Positions 1 to 9,558 of a DNA stretch of 64,000 nucleotides are shown here, in pieces. Position 1 is the first letter of the stretch, and the number at the start of each line of letters is the position of its first letter. The notes below the pieces were generated by a model. That model saw only the letters and a program-made list of their open reading frames with translations. It was not told where the DNA came from and did no database searches. This DNA comes from a virus, in the IMG/VR virus record IMGVR_UViG_3300044974_000943; one strand, given 5' to 3'. A program made the position numbers and the translations under genes.

Positions 1-412
1 GAACTCGGATATCAAGTACACCACCTTCATAACTCAACACAGGTGCTGAAGTGGCGACTAGGTAGCTAGGAATCTTGCTAGAGAATTTCCCTTTACCCGC
101 ACGTTCAGTCCAAGTGAGTTCGAGCTTGTTGTCTTTGGTTATTGTGGCAGTAGCGGAAGTTTTATCGAGGTTGAAGATACCAAGGGAGACGATAAATTCG
201 TGCTTACCATTGTTAGCATCGTAGATATACCCGTTCTCGAAAACAGCTGTAGGTGAGAGAAGTTGTTCGCGTTCGGCAGTAGATGCTTTAGCGTAGAGAG
301 AGTCCTCTTTTATTTTTCGCTCTTGAGCAGCCACTACATTTTCAGGTGTAGAAAGCAAGTCGATTAAATCGTCTAAATAAAAACTTCCAAAAGGTAGTGT
401 TCTGTATGTCAT
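1..412 (-). CDS. Putative small heat-shock protein (Hsp20/alpha-crystallin), runs off the window edge
   Basis: ORF from ATG at 412 (MTYRTLPFGSF...) ending ...LSYEGGVLDIRV at the edge, resembling the Hsp20 YxxGVLxIxxP motif. Confidence 0.45.
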   Translation of the reverse strand, partial: MTYRTLPFGSFYLDDLIDLLSTPENVVAAQERKIKEDSLYAKASTAEREQLLSPTAVFENGYIYDANNGKHEFIVSLGIFNLDKTSATATITKDNKLELTWTERAGKGKFSSKIPSYLVATSAPVLSYEGGVLDIRV

Positions 413-421
413 AGTTGTTAG

Positions 422-829
422 TTATTCAGGAAATGTTGTAAAATCGTCGTGTACAAGATTGATATTTTCAGTATCGCTTACAGTTGGTTCTGGTGCAATA
501 CTTCTTTGGGTAGGTGTTACCGCTTTTTTGGTTGCGGCTTTCCGAACATTCTTGACAACAGGTACAGGAGCTTCTTGTACAGGCTCTGGTGAAGCTTCCA
601 AGGCACGGAAGGCTTGTAATGACTGTTGCGCCACATTCAAACGATTCAGTAGCCCAAATTCTCTACTTTTAGCTTCCTCTACTTTGCGAAGTTCAGAGTT
701 GAGGAAATTAATTTCAGTTTCCAGTATCGACAGGATATCTACCGATAAGTCTTGTTGAGCTTTCTCATTCACAAGTTCGGGTAACGAGGATGGTCGCGTG
801 TAGCGCTTGTTATTTTGTAGTAGTGGCAT
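422..829 (-). CDS. Hypothetical coiled-coil protein
   Basis: 135-aa ORF in the tightly packed minus-strand run. Confidence 0.6.
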   Translation of the reverse strand: MPLLQNNKRYTRPSSLPELVNEKAQQDLSVDILSILETEINFLNSELRKVEEAKSREFGLLNRLNVAQQSLQAFRALEASPEPVQEAPVPVVKNVRKAATKKAVTPTQRSIAPEPTVSDTENINLVHDDFTTFPE

Positions 830-1430
830 CTTTAGGTTTAGTTTTGCGAGGTGTACTGGTGCGTCGAGGAGTGGCTTCCTCGTAGGGGTTTTTGATTTTT
901 GCGTCTTCTTGTTCAGCTAGGGCTTCGTTAAGCCATTGATATTTTTCATCATCGCTGTCAAGGTCTTCGTCATCATTATAGTGCGAGTAGTCGAGGAAGT
1001 TGTAGCCCTTGCCATTTTTTAGGTCGAAGCTAACCCAAAATTCGTCTAGCGACTCGGCAGAAAAGAATGTTGTAGGTGAAAGCAAGATAGCGCTATGATG
1101 GTCAAGCTCAAAGTCTTGGCGAAACTTTGCCCCCTTCCTAGACTGAATAAATTCTTTGACAGCTTGATACTCTAACCACCCAAAGGTGAAATATATAGCT
1201 ACCTTACGACCGTAGATTTGTAAGATGGTGTTATAACAAGCAAGTTCTTCCCAAGTTGTTGCTTCGTTGAGGTCGAATCGGTCGCGTTTAAATTTCTCAA
1301 CAGCTTTGGGTAAATTTGCGTTGCACCAAGTACGAAGTAGGTCGATGTCGAGGCGCTTGAGGCGGATTTGCGGGTAGTCTAGTTGTCGAATGAGGCTGCT
1401 GACTCGAAGGCGAATGTCATGTTTTACCAT
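810..1430 (-). CDS. Hypothetical protein
   Basis: 206-aa ORF, co-oriented with and overlapping its neighbour. Confidence 0.65.
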   Translation of the reverse strand: MVKHDIRLRVSSLIRQLDYPQIRLKRLDIDLLRTWCNANLPKAVEKFKRDRFDLNEATTWEELACYNTILQIYGRKVAIYFTFGWLEYQAVKEFIQSRKGAKFRQDFELDHHSAILLSPTTFFSAESLDEFWVSFDLKNGKGYNFLDYSHYNDDEDLDSDDEKYQWLNEALAEQEDAKIKNPYEEATPRRTSTPRKTKPKDATTTK

Positions 1431-1523
1431 TAAGACTTGTTGCTCCCGTCAGTACCTACAAGCCAGATAATCAACTGGCATACAGCTACAGTGCCAAATG
1501 TAGCGATGAGAAATACTATGAAA

Positions 1524-1823
1524 CTAAGCATATTTTGTCTTTTCCTGATTATTTATTTTTAAAATTTCACTTCCAGCACTATCATCTAGTACTGTAAAAA
1601 GAGTCTCCTCTGCGACTTCAGATTCTTTGCTGATAAGTAGTCTGGGGGTAGTTGTGTCTAAAGATGTTTGCTGAGTATGGGAATAAACCGTAGCGTCAGC
1701 AGATTGAATACGATAACCAAAAAGACTCTCATCGAAAACTTTCTTACTGAAAATCTCAATGATAGTACCAAAAATTACGTTAGCTTTGTAAATGATAGCA
1801 ACTTTGTCGCCTAATACACGCAT
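1524..1823 (-). CDS. Hypothetical protein
   Basis: 99-aa ORF in the operon. Confidence 0.5.
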   Translation of the reverse strand: MRVLGDKVAIIYKANVIFGTIIEIFSKKVFDESLFGYRIQSADATVYSHTQQTSLDTTTPRLLISKESEVAEETLFTVLDDSAGSEILKINNQEKTKYA

Positions 1824-1888
1824 AGAAAAAATTACAGAGTGGTTTACTGTTTTAAAGCTACCACTATGTAATTGAGGATTGTATCTAT

Positions 1889-2656
1889 CTAAAGAAATAG
1901 ATTGTCTTCGACGGTAGATTCTAGTCCGAATGCCTTTAAAGTATATTGAAACGGTTTGTCAGGGATATTTTCTATAAGATACAACATTGTGTTGGCTATA
2001 GATTTTATTTCACGTTGAGCATGAGGCGAATTACGAAGTTTTTGAATATTGACAAAGCTACGAAAATTCATCTGCCAATCAAAGTTGAGTTGAGTATTGT
2101 AGCCGAGGAAATATCTCGCAGATTCTTTTGCACGTTTACGACCTAAAGGTTTCGAGATGTCTTTGACGGCTTGATGGTACAGTTTGAAGTGACGCTCAGA
2201 CTCATGTTTTAGTACGTCTGTCCAATACTGCCCTGATTCGTAACCAATTTCACCATTATCTTCGAGAAAATCTTCTTGCAAAGTCAAACCAGTCCAATCT
2301 TCAGGGATATAAAAGCGGTCAGCCACAAACTCCTTATACCTTGCAGATTCCGAATTGATTTGGGAAATACGATGTTTTAACGCATGTATGTGGCTTGCAA
2401 TATCCCCTGTAATCTGGAAATCTAGTATACCCTTTTCCATAGGGGTGTGATGTCCCTCGCTGGCAAGGAAATCAAGTAATTCCCAAGGGGATTTCTTCTT
2501 AGTCTTAGCAATTGCCTCGAAGATAGCATCTACACGGTCGGGGATTGACTCTGGAAGCTTGATGCCAAGTTCTTCGGTAGTAGATTGCCAAGCGGAAATG
2601 CAAGAGCGCTTGTCGCCGCCATAATAGCCAATTAATTCAACTTTATTTTGCGTCAT
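1889..2656 (-). CDS. thyX: FAD-dependent thymidylate synthase
   Basis: ThyX-like motif KHRISQINSESARY, plus GHHTPME, KESARY and LRNSPHAQREI. Confidence 0.92.
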   Translation of the reverse strand: MTQNKVELIGYYGGDKRSCISAWQSTTEELGIKLPESIPDRVDAIFEAIAKTKKKSPWELLDFLASEGHHTPMEKGILDFQITGDIASHIHALKHRISQINSESARYKEFVADRFYIPEDWTGLTLQEDFLEDNGEIGYESGQYWTDVLKHESERHFKLYHQAVKDISKPLGRKRAKESARYFLGYNTQLNFDWQMNFRSFVNIQKLRNSPHAQREIKSIANTMLYLIENIPDKPFQYTLKAFGLESTVEDNLFL

Positions 2657-3240
2657 GGTTTTGCTTCTCGTTCTTGGATAGTGTGGTCTAAGTCGTAGTC
2701 TTCTTTTTTCTCTTTTACATAAGCTTCGGCTGATGGTCGAGACAGGAAAATTTCTTCTAATTGGGAATCTTCGTCACCGTAAATCCGCCGCCAAACTATA
2801 TAAACTGTCATGCTGCGTCTCTCCAACTTATGTCGTAGTGACCATCAGGATTTGCGTCAACCCATTTCACTGCGTAACCTAAATCTTGCAACCTAATTTT
2901 GGTAGCTTCTGAGATATCTTCTTTTTCTGCCCATAATAATTTGGCATGGTCAAGTCCTTCTTTCTGCTCTGTTACACAAAATGCAATCAGATATTCAAGG
3001 TCATCGTACATATTGTCATGTACTTGTAGATTTCTAACCGCATTCGCTGATAAGATTTGCATCAGTTTCTTACCTTAAATTCTTTGATGGTGTGTTCTAA
3101 GTGGTACTGTTCTTTCTTCCTTTTTACATATTTTTCTGCTGCACTCAGAGAAGAAAAAATTTCTACCAATTCATCATTCTCTGATTCTTCCCAATATCTC
3201 CAAACTGTATAAACTGTCATGCTGTATTTTCTCTCCGTTG

Positions 3241-3696
3241 TTATAATAGTGTACGTCTTGCTTCAAGGTGATTCAGAAGCCATCGATATTTTGTACTCTC
3301 GTCAACTACATTACCCTCAGCATCTACGTGGTAGTACAGAAAAGGAAGTGTCGATTCAGTAAACTCTTCTTGCCAGTACTCACTCCATTTCAATTTTTGG
3401 TCGAGCGCTTTTTTGATTTTTTCTTGAAGCTCGGCTGCGGGTAGTTGCTGCTTTTTAGGCAACGCTGTAAGTTGGGTAGCAAGAAGTTCAGTTTCCCAAC
3501 CGTACACACGGCTCAGGCGGCTGTCTTCTTTGCTGCACAAACTATACCAGTAAGCAGCCACACATAGGAATCGTCCTTCAGGAGTATTTAATTCGCAGAG
3601 AGTACGAGGGGCGAGAAATTTGCCGATAAAAGTTGCTGCCTTAGAGTCAATCCTGATATGAGTTTTGCCGTCGAGGGTTGGGTCAATATTAGACAT
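3241..3696 (-). CDS. Hypothetical phage protein, possibly NADAR-like
   Basis: THIRIDSK...IGKFLA...PEGRF...AYWY pattern resembles a phage family I recall; unverified. Confidence 0.4.
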   Translation of the reverse strand: MSNIDPTLDGKTHIRIDSKAATFIGKFLAPRTLCELNTPEGRFLCVAAYWYSLCSKEDSRLSRVYGWETELLATQLTALPKKQQLPAAELQEKIKKALDQKLKWSEYWQEEFTESTLPFLYYHVDAEGNVVDESTKYRWLLNHLEARRTLL

Positions 3697-3984
3697 AATT
3701 CACCTTGATTCCTTTTTCTGCACAATATGATTGAAATCCTGCGCCAGTCTTCAGCTTCTTGGCTAAGCGGATGTTGTTGGGATACTTGCCATTGACTTCG
3801 TAGTATTTCTCTACGTGCTTCTTGAGGTCTTCTAGTGTTAGTTCCATATTATTTCGCCCTCCTAAAATTCTGCTCGAAGTGTTTCATTCTCTTTTTGTAG
3901 GCTTTTTTCAATTTTTTGATTTGTTGTGCATCTAGTCCTCGCAAATCATCAATCTCACGATAACCTTCTAATTTTTTGACCACG

Positions 3985-4374
3985 TTATTTACCCATTAAG
4001 CGTTTAATATTCTCGATAGCTTCCTCAGTTTTTACACCTCCACTTGACCATTTACTGATACCTTTGGTGATATCTGCAACAGAAAAACCCGCATCTCTGC
4101 ACACTTGCCAGTGGGGAAGTAGACGACCCGCGAAGTCTTCATCAAACTCGCAGTTTACAAAATTAAAATGAAGTGATAGTCGCCAATTACCAACTCGAAG
4201 TCGTACTTGGTTATAGTCAGGAAAACATTCTGGGTGATGTTGTCCAAAATCAATGCGAGTACCAAAATCGATGAACGGAAGTCCTTGTTGCTTCCAATCA
4301 GTCATTGTGTACGGGTTCCAATTAGCTTTGGAGATGCCGTGAATTTGATGGAAGCGGTAGTTGAAGAATCTCAT
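3985..4374 (-). CDS. Hypothetical protein
   Basis: 129-aa ORF. Confidence 0.55.
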   Translation of the reverse strand: MRFFNYRFHQIHGISKANWNPYTMTDWKQQGLPFIDFGTRIDFGQHHPECFPDYNQVRLRVGNWRLSLHFNFVNCEFDEDFAGRLLPHWQVCRDAGFSVADITKGISKWSSGGVKTEEAIENIKRLMGK

Positions 4375-4442
4375 GTTGTCAATATAAATAAAAAGAGGGA
4401 CAATAGCATCCCTCCTAAGATGTAACTATGTCAAAGCTAGGC

Positions 4443-5180
4443 TCAAACGTAGTTAGCTGTGTTTCTGTTGTCCAACTCGAAGAAAGCTGGCATTCTACTT
4501 CTACGTGTTTCAGCCAACTCAGGGGCTACTCCACGATATAGGAGGGAATCTGATTGACGAATCCAGAAGTCCTTACTTGCATGATTAGGGTTGGCTGCTG
4601 CGGTCACTTCACCAACCTTATCTACCATCCAAGCGACAGTAGTTTTGCGTAAGCGGTCAAGATTAGTGGTCAGTTCGATTCCCATATCTTTGCAGAAAAG
4701 AGAATTGGTGACAACATGAATCTGCTCGTCCATTGAGATGTCACTAGAAACGGTTCTAAGGGCGCTATTACCTAGAAAACGTAAGATAGGGAGCAACACA
4801 AAGAATACAGAGCGCTCAAGCACCATAGCCTTAAGTACAGTATGTTCGGGTGCGTTTACCCAAGCGTTGACGATTGCGCTAGCTTCTTTGTCGTAGTTGT
4901 GCAACCGATTTCCAAATGAGTCAGCAGCGTATTGCAGAGCTTGGTCGTGACGAATCTCATCGACAATGTTGCTTTCGAGAAGTTCGAGGCTAGTTGCAGG
5001 TATTTCCTTCTTAGTAGCAGCTTCGATAAAGTTACCGACAGGGATTTCGAGCGCTCTTAAGGCTAATGCTCTGGCAAGAACATCTTCAGCACCAGAAACT
5101 ACAGGTTCGTAGGTAGGGCGAACAGGTGTCCATTTTCTTTTTTTTGTGAGTAGGTCGGTGTAATTGGAAGTAGAAGTCAT
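4443..5180 (-). CDS. nrdB: Ribonucleotide reductase small (beta, ferritin-like) subunit, cyanophage type
   Basis: KRKWTPV N-terminus, metal-binding motifs DEIRH and DEQIH, LERSVFF; adjacent to RNR alpha; likely start is MTSTSNY at 5180. Confidence 0.85.
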   Translation of the reverse strand: MTSTSNYTDLLTKKRKWTPVRPTYEPVVSGAEDVLARALALRALEIPVGNFIEAATKKEIPATSLELLESNIVDEIRHDQALQYAADSFGNRLHNYDKEASAIVNAWVNAPEHTVLKAMVLERSVFFVLLPILRFLGNSALRTVSSDISMDEQIHVVTNSLFCKDMGIELTTNLDRLRKTTVAWMVDKVGEVTAAANPNHASKDFWIRQSDSLLYRGVAPELAETRRSRMPAFFELDNRNTANYV

Positions 5181-5184
5181 GGCA

Positions 5185-6894
5185 TTATTCCGAGCAAGAT
5201 GTGCAATGTATACGAGAAGATTCGGCTTGAGGTTCAAACCCGAAGATAGAAAAGTCAATAATTTCGCCACTAGGAACGGTAAAAGTTGACTTATCTTGTG
5301 TGTTGGGCTTGACGGGCAAGCTGTAGTATAGCGATTTAATTGGGCTATCGAGGAAGTCTTGAATGAATTTCTGGTCAGCGTAAATCATATCGCTCCACCA
5401 GTTCATGCTGATTGAGTGACCAAGACCTGTTGAATCCATCAAGCGTTGGAAATAAGAGTTCAGCTTGAAGAAGGTTTCCCAGCCCACTTCAGCAGCGATT
5501 TCAGTCTTGGGGTGGTAATCATAACTCTTGACACCAAAAGTAGCAGAGTCGCGTTCGATTGAGCGATTAATTGGAGGTGCGATTTCGGGTGCAGTTGTGT
5601 ATCCTTCGCGGTCTACGTGATTGTACGAGCAAGTTGCTGTTGGTGCGATGGTGAATGCTCTTTCCATCCCGTACTTTTTCGCAATTTCCGCACCCTTACG
5701 GTATCCAAAAATGAGCGAGTCAACAATATCTAAAGCTTTCTGACTATATTTTGTTGTAATAGGGTACTTACCATCCTTGAAGGCTAGTGATAAAGCCTGA
5801 ACTAACTCAAGATAAGTCACACCTTCAATAGCTAGCAAATTAGCTAATCCAAGTAAGCCGTAACCAACTTGACGGTCTTCTTCGGGCTTACGGTAGATAC
5901 CAGAATCTCCCACACCTGTAATTGCGTGAAGTTGGCATAGAATTTCTACGCCTTCAGCCATTACTTGAGGAATTTCTTCGATAGTGCAAGCGCCAAGATT
6001 ACCGTGCATTAATAAACAAGTTGCTCTATGTTTAATAGCAATTTCAAGGCAGACTTGTAAATAGATGCGTTCGCCCTTAGCGTCGTATAGCTTCTTAACA
6101 AGCCAAACGTCACCGCCTTGCATTTTCTCGATTAGGTCAGCGAGAATTTCGGGATGAGAGATAATTAAATGCTCGTCCACATTAAGAGCGCGTTTAGCCC
6201 AAGAGACTTGTTCGCGAGTCATGTTTAGGAACTCGGAGACGTTTGGGTAGTCGTAGTCATAGTGGAGTGTGATTGCGCCATTTTTGAAGATGCCTCCACG
6301 ACGAAGTACTTGATTTAGAGTACTGTAGACACCAGAGAGGGTAGTGAGTGAAGTGTCGGAAATGTAAGCGTATAGTGCAGTATAAATTGCTTTGAAGCTG
6401 CTTGCACCAGATGCTGTTAGACCTTGTGAGTTTGTGGTTCCTTTGGTACGGAGACGGCTTAAATCTACTACGAGTGGACGAGTACCTGTGTAGTTAAGAA
6501 ACGCCAGCCAAGAGTTCTCAATAGACATTGCAAGAGATTCACTTTCTTCCATTGAATCAGCTACAGAAATCACATATTCATGGGTTTCAGGCTCCATGAA
6601 TATTTCAGGTAAAACCGTACCATATTCATCTTCGCAGTTTTCACCTAGATAGACTCGCCACTCAAAGCTACGATTGATTGGTTTAATGTTTTCAGGTAAA
6701 TGAATCGCCACACCTGCTGCATTGCGTAATGCTTTCGATGTGAAAATAAAGCTTTCGTCGATATTGTTATCGTCACACACAAATACTGTACAGCTAACTG
6801 GTAAGCGTGAGCCGCTATTCTTCATCCAGTCCTTGATTCTGCCTGTTACAGCTTGTTTTCCCCATGTCGGGAATTTAGTAATGTCTAAAGTCAC
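5185..6894 (-). CDS. nrdA: Ribonucleotide reductase large (alpha) subunit, cyanophage type
   Basis: RLPVSCTVF, LRRGG, (Q)VCLE, TIAPTATCS, SLYY and C-terminal CxxC; likely GTG start at 6894 (ORF is open to 6990). Confidence 0.88.
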   Translation of the reverse strand: MTLDITKFPTWGKQAVTGRIKDWMKNSGSRLPVSCTVFVCDDNNIDESFIFTSKALRNAAGVAIHLPENIKPINRSFEWRVYLGENCEDEYGTVLPEIFMEPETHEYVISVADSMEESESLAMSIENSWLAFLNYTGTRPLVVDLSRLRTKGTTNSQGLTASGASSFKAIYTALYAYISDTSLTTLSGVYSTLNQVLRRGGIFKNGAITLHYDYDYPNVSEFLNMTREQVSWAKRALNVDEHLIISHPEILADLIEKMQGGDVWLVKKLYDAKGERIYLQVCLEIAIKHRATCLLMHGNLGACTIEEIPQVMAEGVEILCQLHAITGVGDSGIYRKPEEDRQVGYGLLGLANLLAIEGVTYLELVQALSLAFKDGKYPITTKYSQKALDIVDSLIFGYRKGAEIAKKYGMERAFTIAPTATCSYNHVDREGYTTAPEIAPPINRSIERDSATFGVKSYDYHPKTEIAAEVGWETFFKLNSYFQRLMDSTGLGHSISMNWWSDMIYADQKFIQDFLDSPIKSLYYSLPVKPNTQDKSTFTVPSGEIIDFSIFGFEPQAESSRIHCTSCSE

Positions 6895-7158
6895 GTTTGA
6901 TTTTCTCGTTTGAAGTTTTATTATTTTAGCATCGAAGCTTTCTTTTCTGCAAGCATTTATGCAGATTCTTTCTTTAATTGTAGGAACCAATCACCCAAGA
7001 TTTTGAACAGTTTGCGCTCTTGCTCAGATGTCAACTGCGTTTTAGTTTCAATTTCTACACGATTGTATGGATAGTTTGCATCTGGAGGAAACAGTCGAAC
7101 GCCAATTGGTAGTCCGACTGTCGATTTCATCGGTGTGCCTCGATATGAGCAGATTATT

Positions 7159-7485
7159 TTATAGCTCATTAGGCTTAGGAGGTGCAATTTTAGCGGCTGT
7201 AACAAGGAATCCAACAAGAAGACCAGATAACTCCTCTACAAACTTAGGGTTTTGCAACATCTGATAGATTTGAGGTGTGTTCAGAATAGGGATAATTGTA
7301 TTGTCGATAAATGCTTGAGCAAGTTTCTTTGTGGACATTGGAGCATCTGCGTCTTTGACTTCGGCAATGCGCTTGTTGAGTAGAGATAAATCGAAATTGT
7401 GGATAGGCTCGTCGGCTGGTGGTTCTAATAACATATGTTTGTAGATGGTAGAATTGTTGATAAAGATAATAGCACGAATATACAA
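7159..7485 (-). CDS. Hypothetical protein
   Basis: 108-aa ORF, divergent from the 7488 gene. Confidence 0.5.
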   Translation of the reverse strand: MYIRAIIFINNSTIYKHMLLEPPADEPIHNFDLSLLNKRIAEVKDADAPMSTKKLAQAFIDNTIIPILNTPQIYQMLQNPKFVEELSGLLVGFLVTAAKIAPPKPNEL

Positions 7486-7487
7486 AA

Positions 7488-7871
7488 ATGCAACACTTCG
7501 CTAACTTTGCTCTTGGAGATACGGAATTAGGTAATCTTAATCGTCAAGCATATGAAAAAGCTAAAAAAACTGGAGACTGGACTCAGTACAAACAAATGCA
7601 AGCTCAACAGAAGCAAACATTTGATAGTAACAGAATAAATACCGCCACACAGAATGCACAAGCAGCTACACAGGCTAAGAGAACAGCAGCAGCAGAAGCG
7701 AAAAGAGTTGCAGGTCTTGGTGTAGGCGGAAAAGTTAAGCACTATGGAGGAAAGGCGCTAGGTGCGGCTGGGAAATTAGGCGGAGTAGCATTAACGGCTA
7801 GTTACGTTCTTCCAAGCCTTATGAGCTTGATGCCACAGAAGCCTCAGCCTGAACAAGAGCCTCCCTACTAG
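7488..7871 (+). CDS. MQHFANF-leader protein with Gly/Ala-rich hydrophobic C-terminus
   Basis: Starts MQHFANF like the 50-55 kb genes; isolated plus-strand gene within the minus-strand replication module. Confidence 0.8.
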   Translation: MQHFANFALGDTELGNLNRQAYEKAKKTGDWTQYKQMQAQQKQTFDSNRINTATQNAQAATQAKRTAAAEAKRVAGLGVGGKVKHYGGKALGAAGKLGGVALTASYVLPSLMSLMPQKPQPEQEPPY

Positions 7872-8107
7872 CGCTTAAATTGCTTAAGAATTAGTCCGAC
7901 ACTTTTTTGTAGTGCCTGAGCTTCTTCTACCGTAAATGAGATTGTTTGTTGAGTCTTATAAGGCTCTTCTACACTTGCGCGTTCCTCAAAGTCGATAGTG
8001 ACACCGTTAGTACCTACATCGCGGAGTTCACCAACAACTGCATAACGGTATAAGTCCTCGCAGCCTTCAGGGTAAATGTAAAACACTTGGATGACTTCAG
8101 GTTCCAT
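7868..8107 (-). CDS. Hypothetical protein
   Basis: 79-aa ORF translationally coupled to the upstream gene. Confidence 0.55.
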   Translation of the reverse strand: MEPEVIQVFYIYPEGCEDLYRYAVVGELRDVGTNGVTIDFEERASVEEPYKTQQTISFTVEEAQALQKSVGLILKQFKR

Positions 8108-9006
8108 TATGCGCTTGTCTCATTATCGTAAGGATAGTCAGGTTCGTTGAGTCCGTCGTTGGCAATTTTGCTATTGAAGAACTCAGTTTCTTCTGGCGTT
8201 TCAAATGCTGAGTCGTTACCCCAGCGATTTGTTAAGCGGTCGCCTTCTTTCAAGTACGTAAGGTCAACGTTCGTAAGGCTGTCAATAGCCAGATAGCCGA
8301 TACCCCAATTCACAATACGTTTCCACTCGTCAAACTCATTGAAACTAGGAGGTACAGTCAACAGCTTGCGTTCCATAATAGCTTGTTCTACTTTAGTTCT
8401 ATCCCCTAGAGCAAGTTTTGCCTCTATAATGTCTGGAAATTCAGATTGCAGCAAGCGAAGAATAGCTGCACCGTTAGCTTGTGGAACAATCCCTACTTTA
8501 GCTTCAGGGTATTTTGATGCAAAGTTACGGATTTCCTGTAGCTGTCCAATAATTTCGAGCTTGTCGCGAATGTAATCCAAGATACGGTAAGAATCCCCTT
8601 CCTTGGCAAGTACGACACCTACAGAATATACTGTGTTCGAGAATCCTGAATCCCACACAATGATTGAGTTGGAGATAGTTGTCACCACCCCATTTTCAAA
8701 CTTGTTTACTGGGGAGGCTGCTGAGTTGCCTTGAGTGCCTTTCGCTACTACGCGAAAATAAGTTGTGTCAGGTGCTTCGACGAAATCAGGGCAATCTTCG
8801 TCTGTAATACCATAAAAAATAGCGTCGAGATGTTCAGTGAACGCTTCCACTTCGGTGTGCATTTCGGGATATTTCTTTTCGATGTCTCGGAGGGTAGAGA
8901 GAAAATACTGATGCTGAATCTCATTTGCTACCCACTCTAGATTTTCGCGAGTGAGTTTGAGGAATGTCTTAATTGGTGCAATGAATTGGTTGTTCATGTA
9001 AGTCAC
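8107..9006 (-). CDS. Protein carrying a degenerate terminase-like RNase H nuclease domain
   Basis: IIVWDSGF...YRILDYIRDKLEIIGQLQEIRNFASKYPEAKVGIVPQANGAAILRLLQSEFPDII aligns with the C-terminal domain of this window's TerL. Confidence 0.75.
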   Translation of the reverse strand: MTYMNNQFIAPIKTFLKLTRENLEWVANEIQHQYFLSTLRDIEKKYPEMHTEVEAFTEHLDAIFYGITDEDCPDFVEAPDTTYFRVVAKGTQGNSAASPVNKFENGVVTTISNSIIVWDSGFSNTVYSVGVVLAKEGDSYRILDYIRDKLEIIGQLQEIRNFASKYPEAKVGIVPQANGAAILRLLQSEFPDIIEAKLALGDRTKVEQAIMERKLLTVPPSFNEFDEWKRIVNWGIGYLAIDSLTNVDLTYLKEGDRLTNRWGNDSAFETPEETEFFNSKIANDGLNEPDYPYDNETSA

Positions 9007-9065
9007 TTAGTTGATGTGGGTATTATGTCGGGGATTGGGGTGAGTGTCATCCGTCGAGGGAGGTA

Positions 9066-9554
9066 TTACCAGACATAATCTTTGGAGATACTAGTCCACA
9101 ACCTTCTCTGCTTAATTGACCTCACAAGATTGTAATAGTAACCCATGTCACGAACTTTGGATGGTTTCAGACCTTGTTGAAGTAGTTCACAAATCTCAAT
9201 AACAATTTTTTCAGTTGTCTTACATCTGGCATTGCTTTCACCAATAGCAGAACGTTTTTCATTGTCGTAGCTGTACTTGATGTTGTTGCCGTGAGTCATC
9301 CATTCCAAGTTTTCAACTCTGTTGTTACGCCTATCGCAATCGATATGGTTGACATCCGAGTAGTTATTAGGGTTGTCAAGAAATGCTTCGGCTACTAATC
9401 TGTGAACTGCTTTAGATGTATACTTACCATCTAGGATAAGAGAAACAATTAAATATCCTCTTCCGTTATCGTGTTGCGATAAAGGTTGACCCCTTCTACC
9501 TAACACAACACCTTCTTTATTAACCTGATAACCATTGTAAATTTCTTTAAACAT
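9066..9554 (-). CDS. Free-standing HNH homing endonuclease
   Basis: VHRLVAEAF...VNHIDCDRRNNRVENLEW; likely start MFKEIY, just after the polymerase stop. Confidence 0.9.
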   Translation of the reverse strand: MFKEIYNGYQVNKEGVVLGRRGQPLSQHDNGRGYLIVSLILDGKYTSKAVHRLVAEAFLDNPNNYSDVNHIDCDRRNNRVENLEWMTHGNNIKYSYDNEKRSAIGESNARCKTTEKIVIEICELLQQGLKPSKVRDMGYYYNLVRSIKQRRLWTSISKDYVW

Positions 9555-9558
9555 ATAT

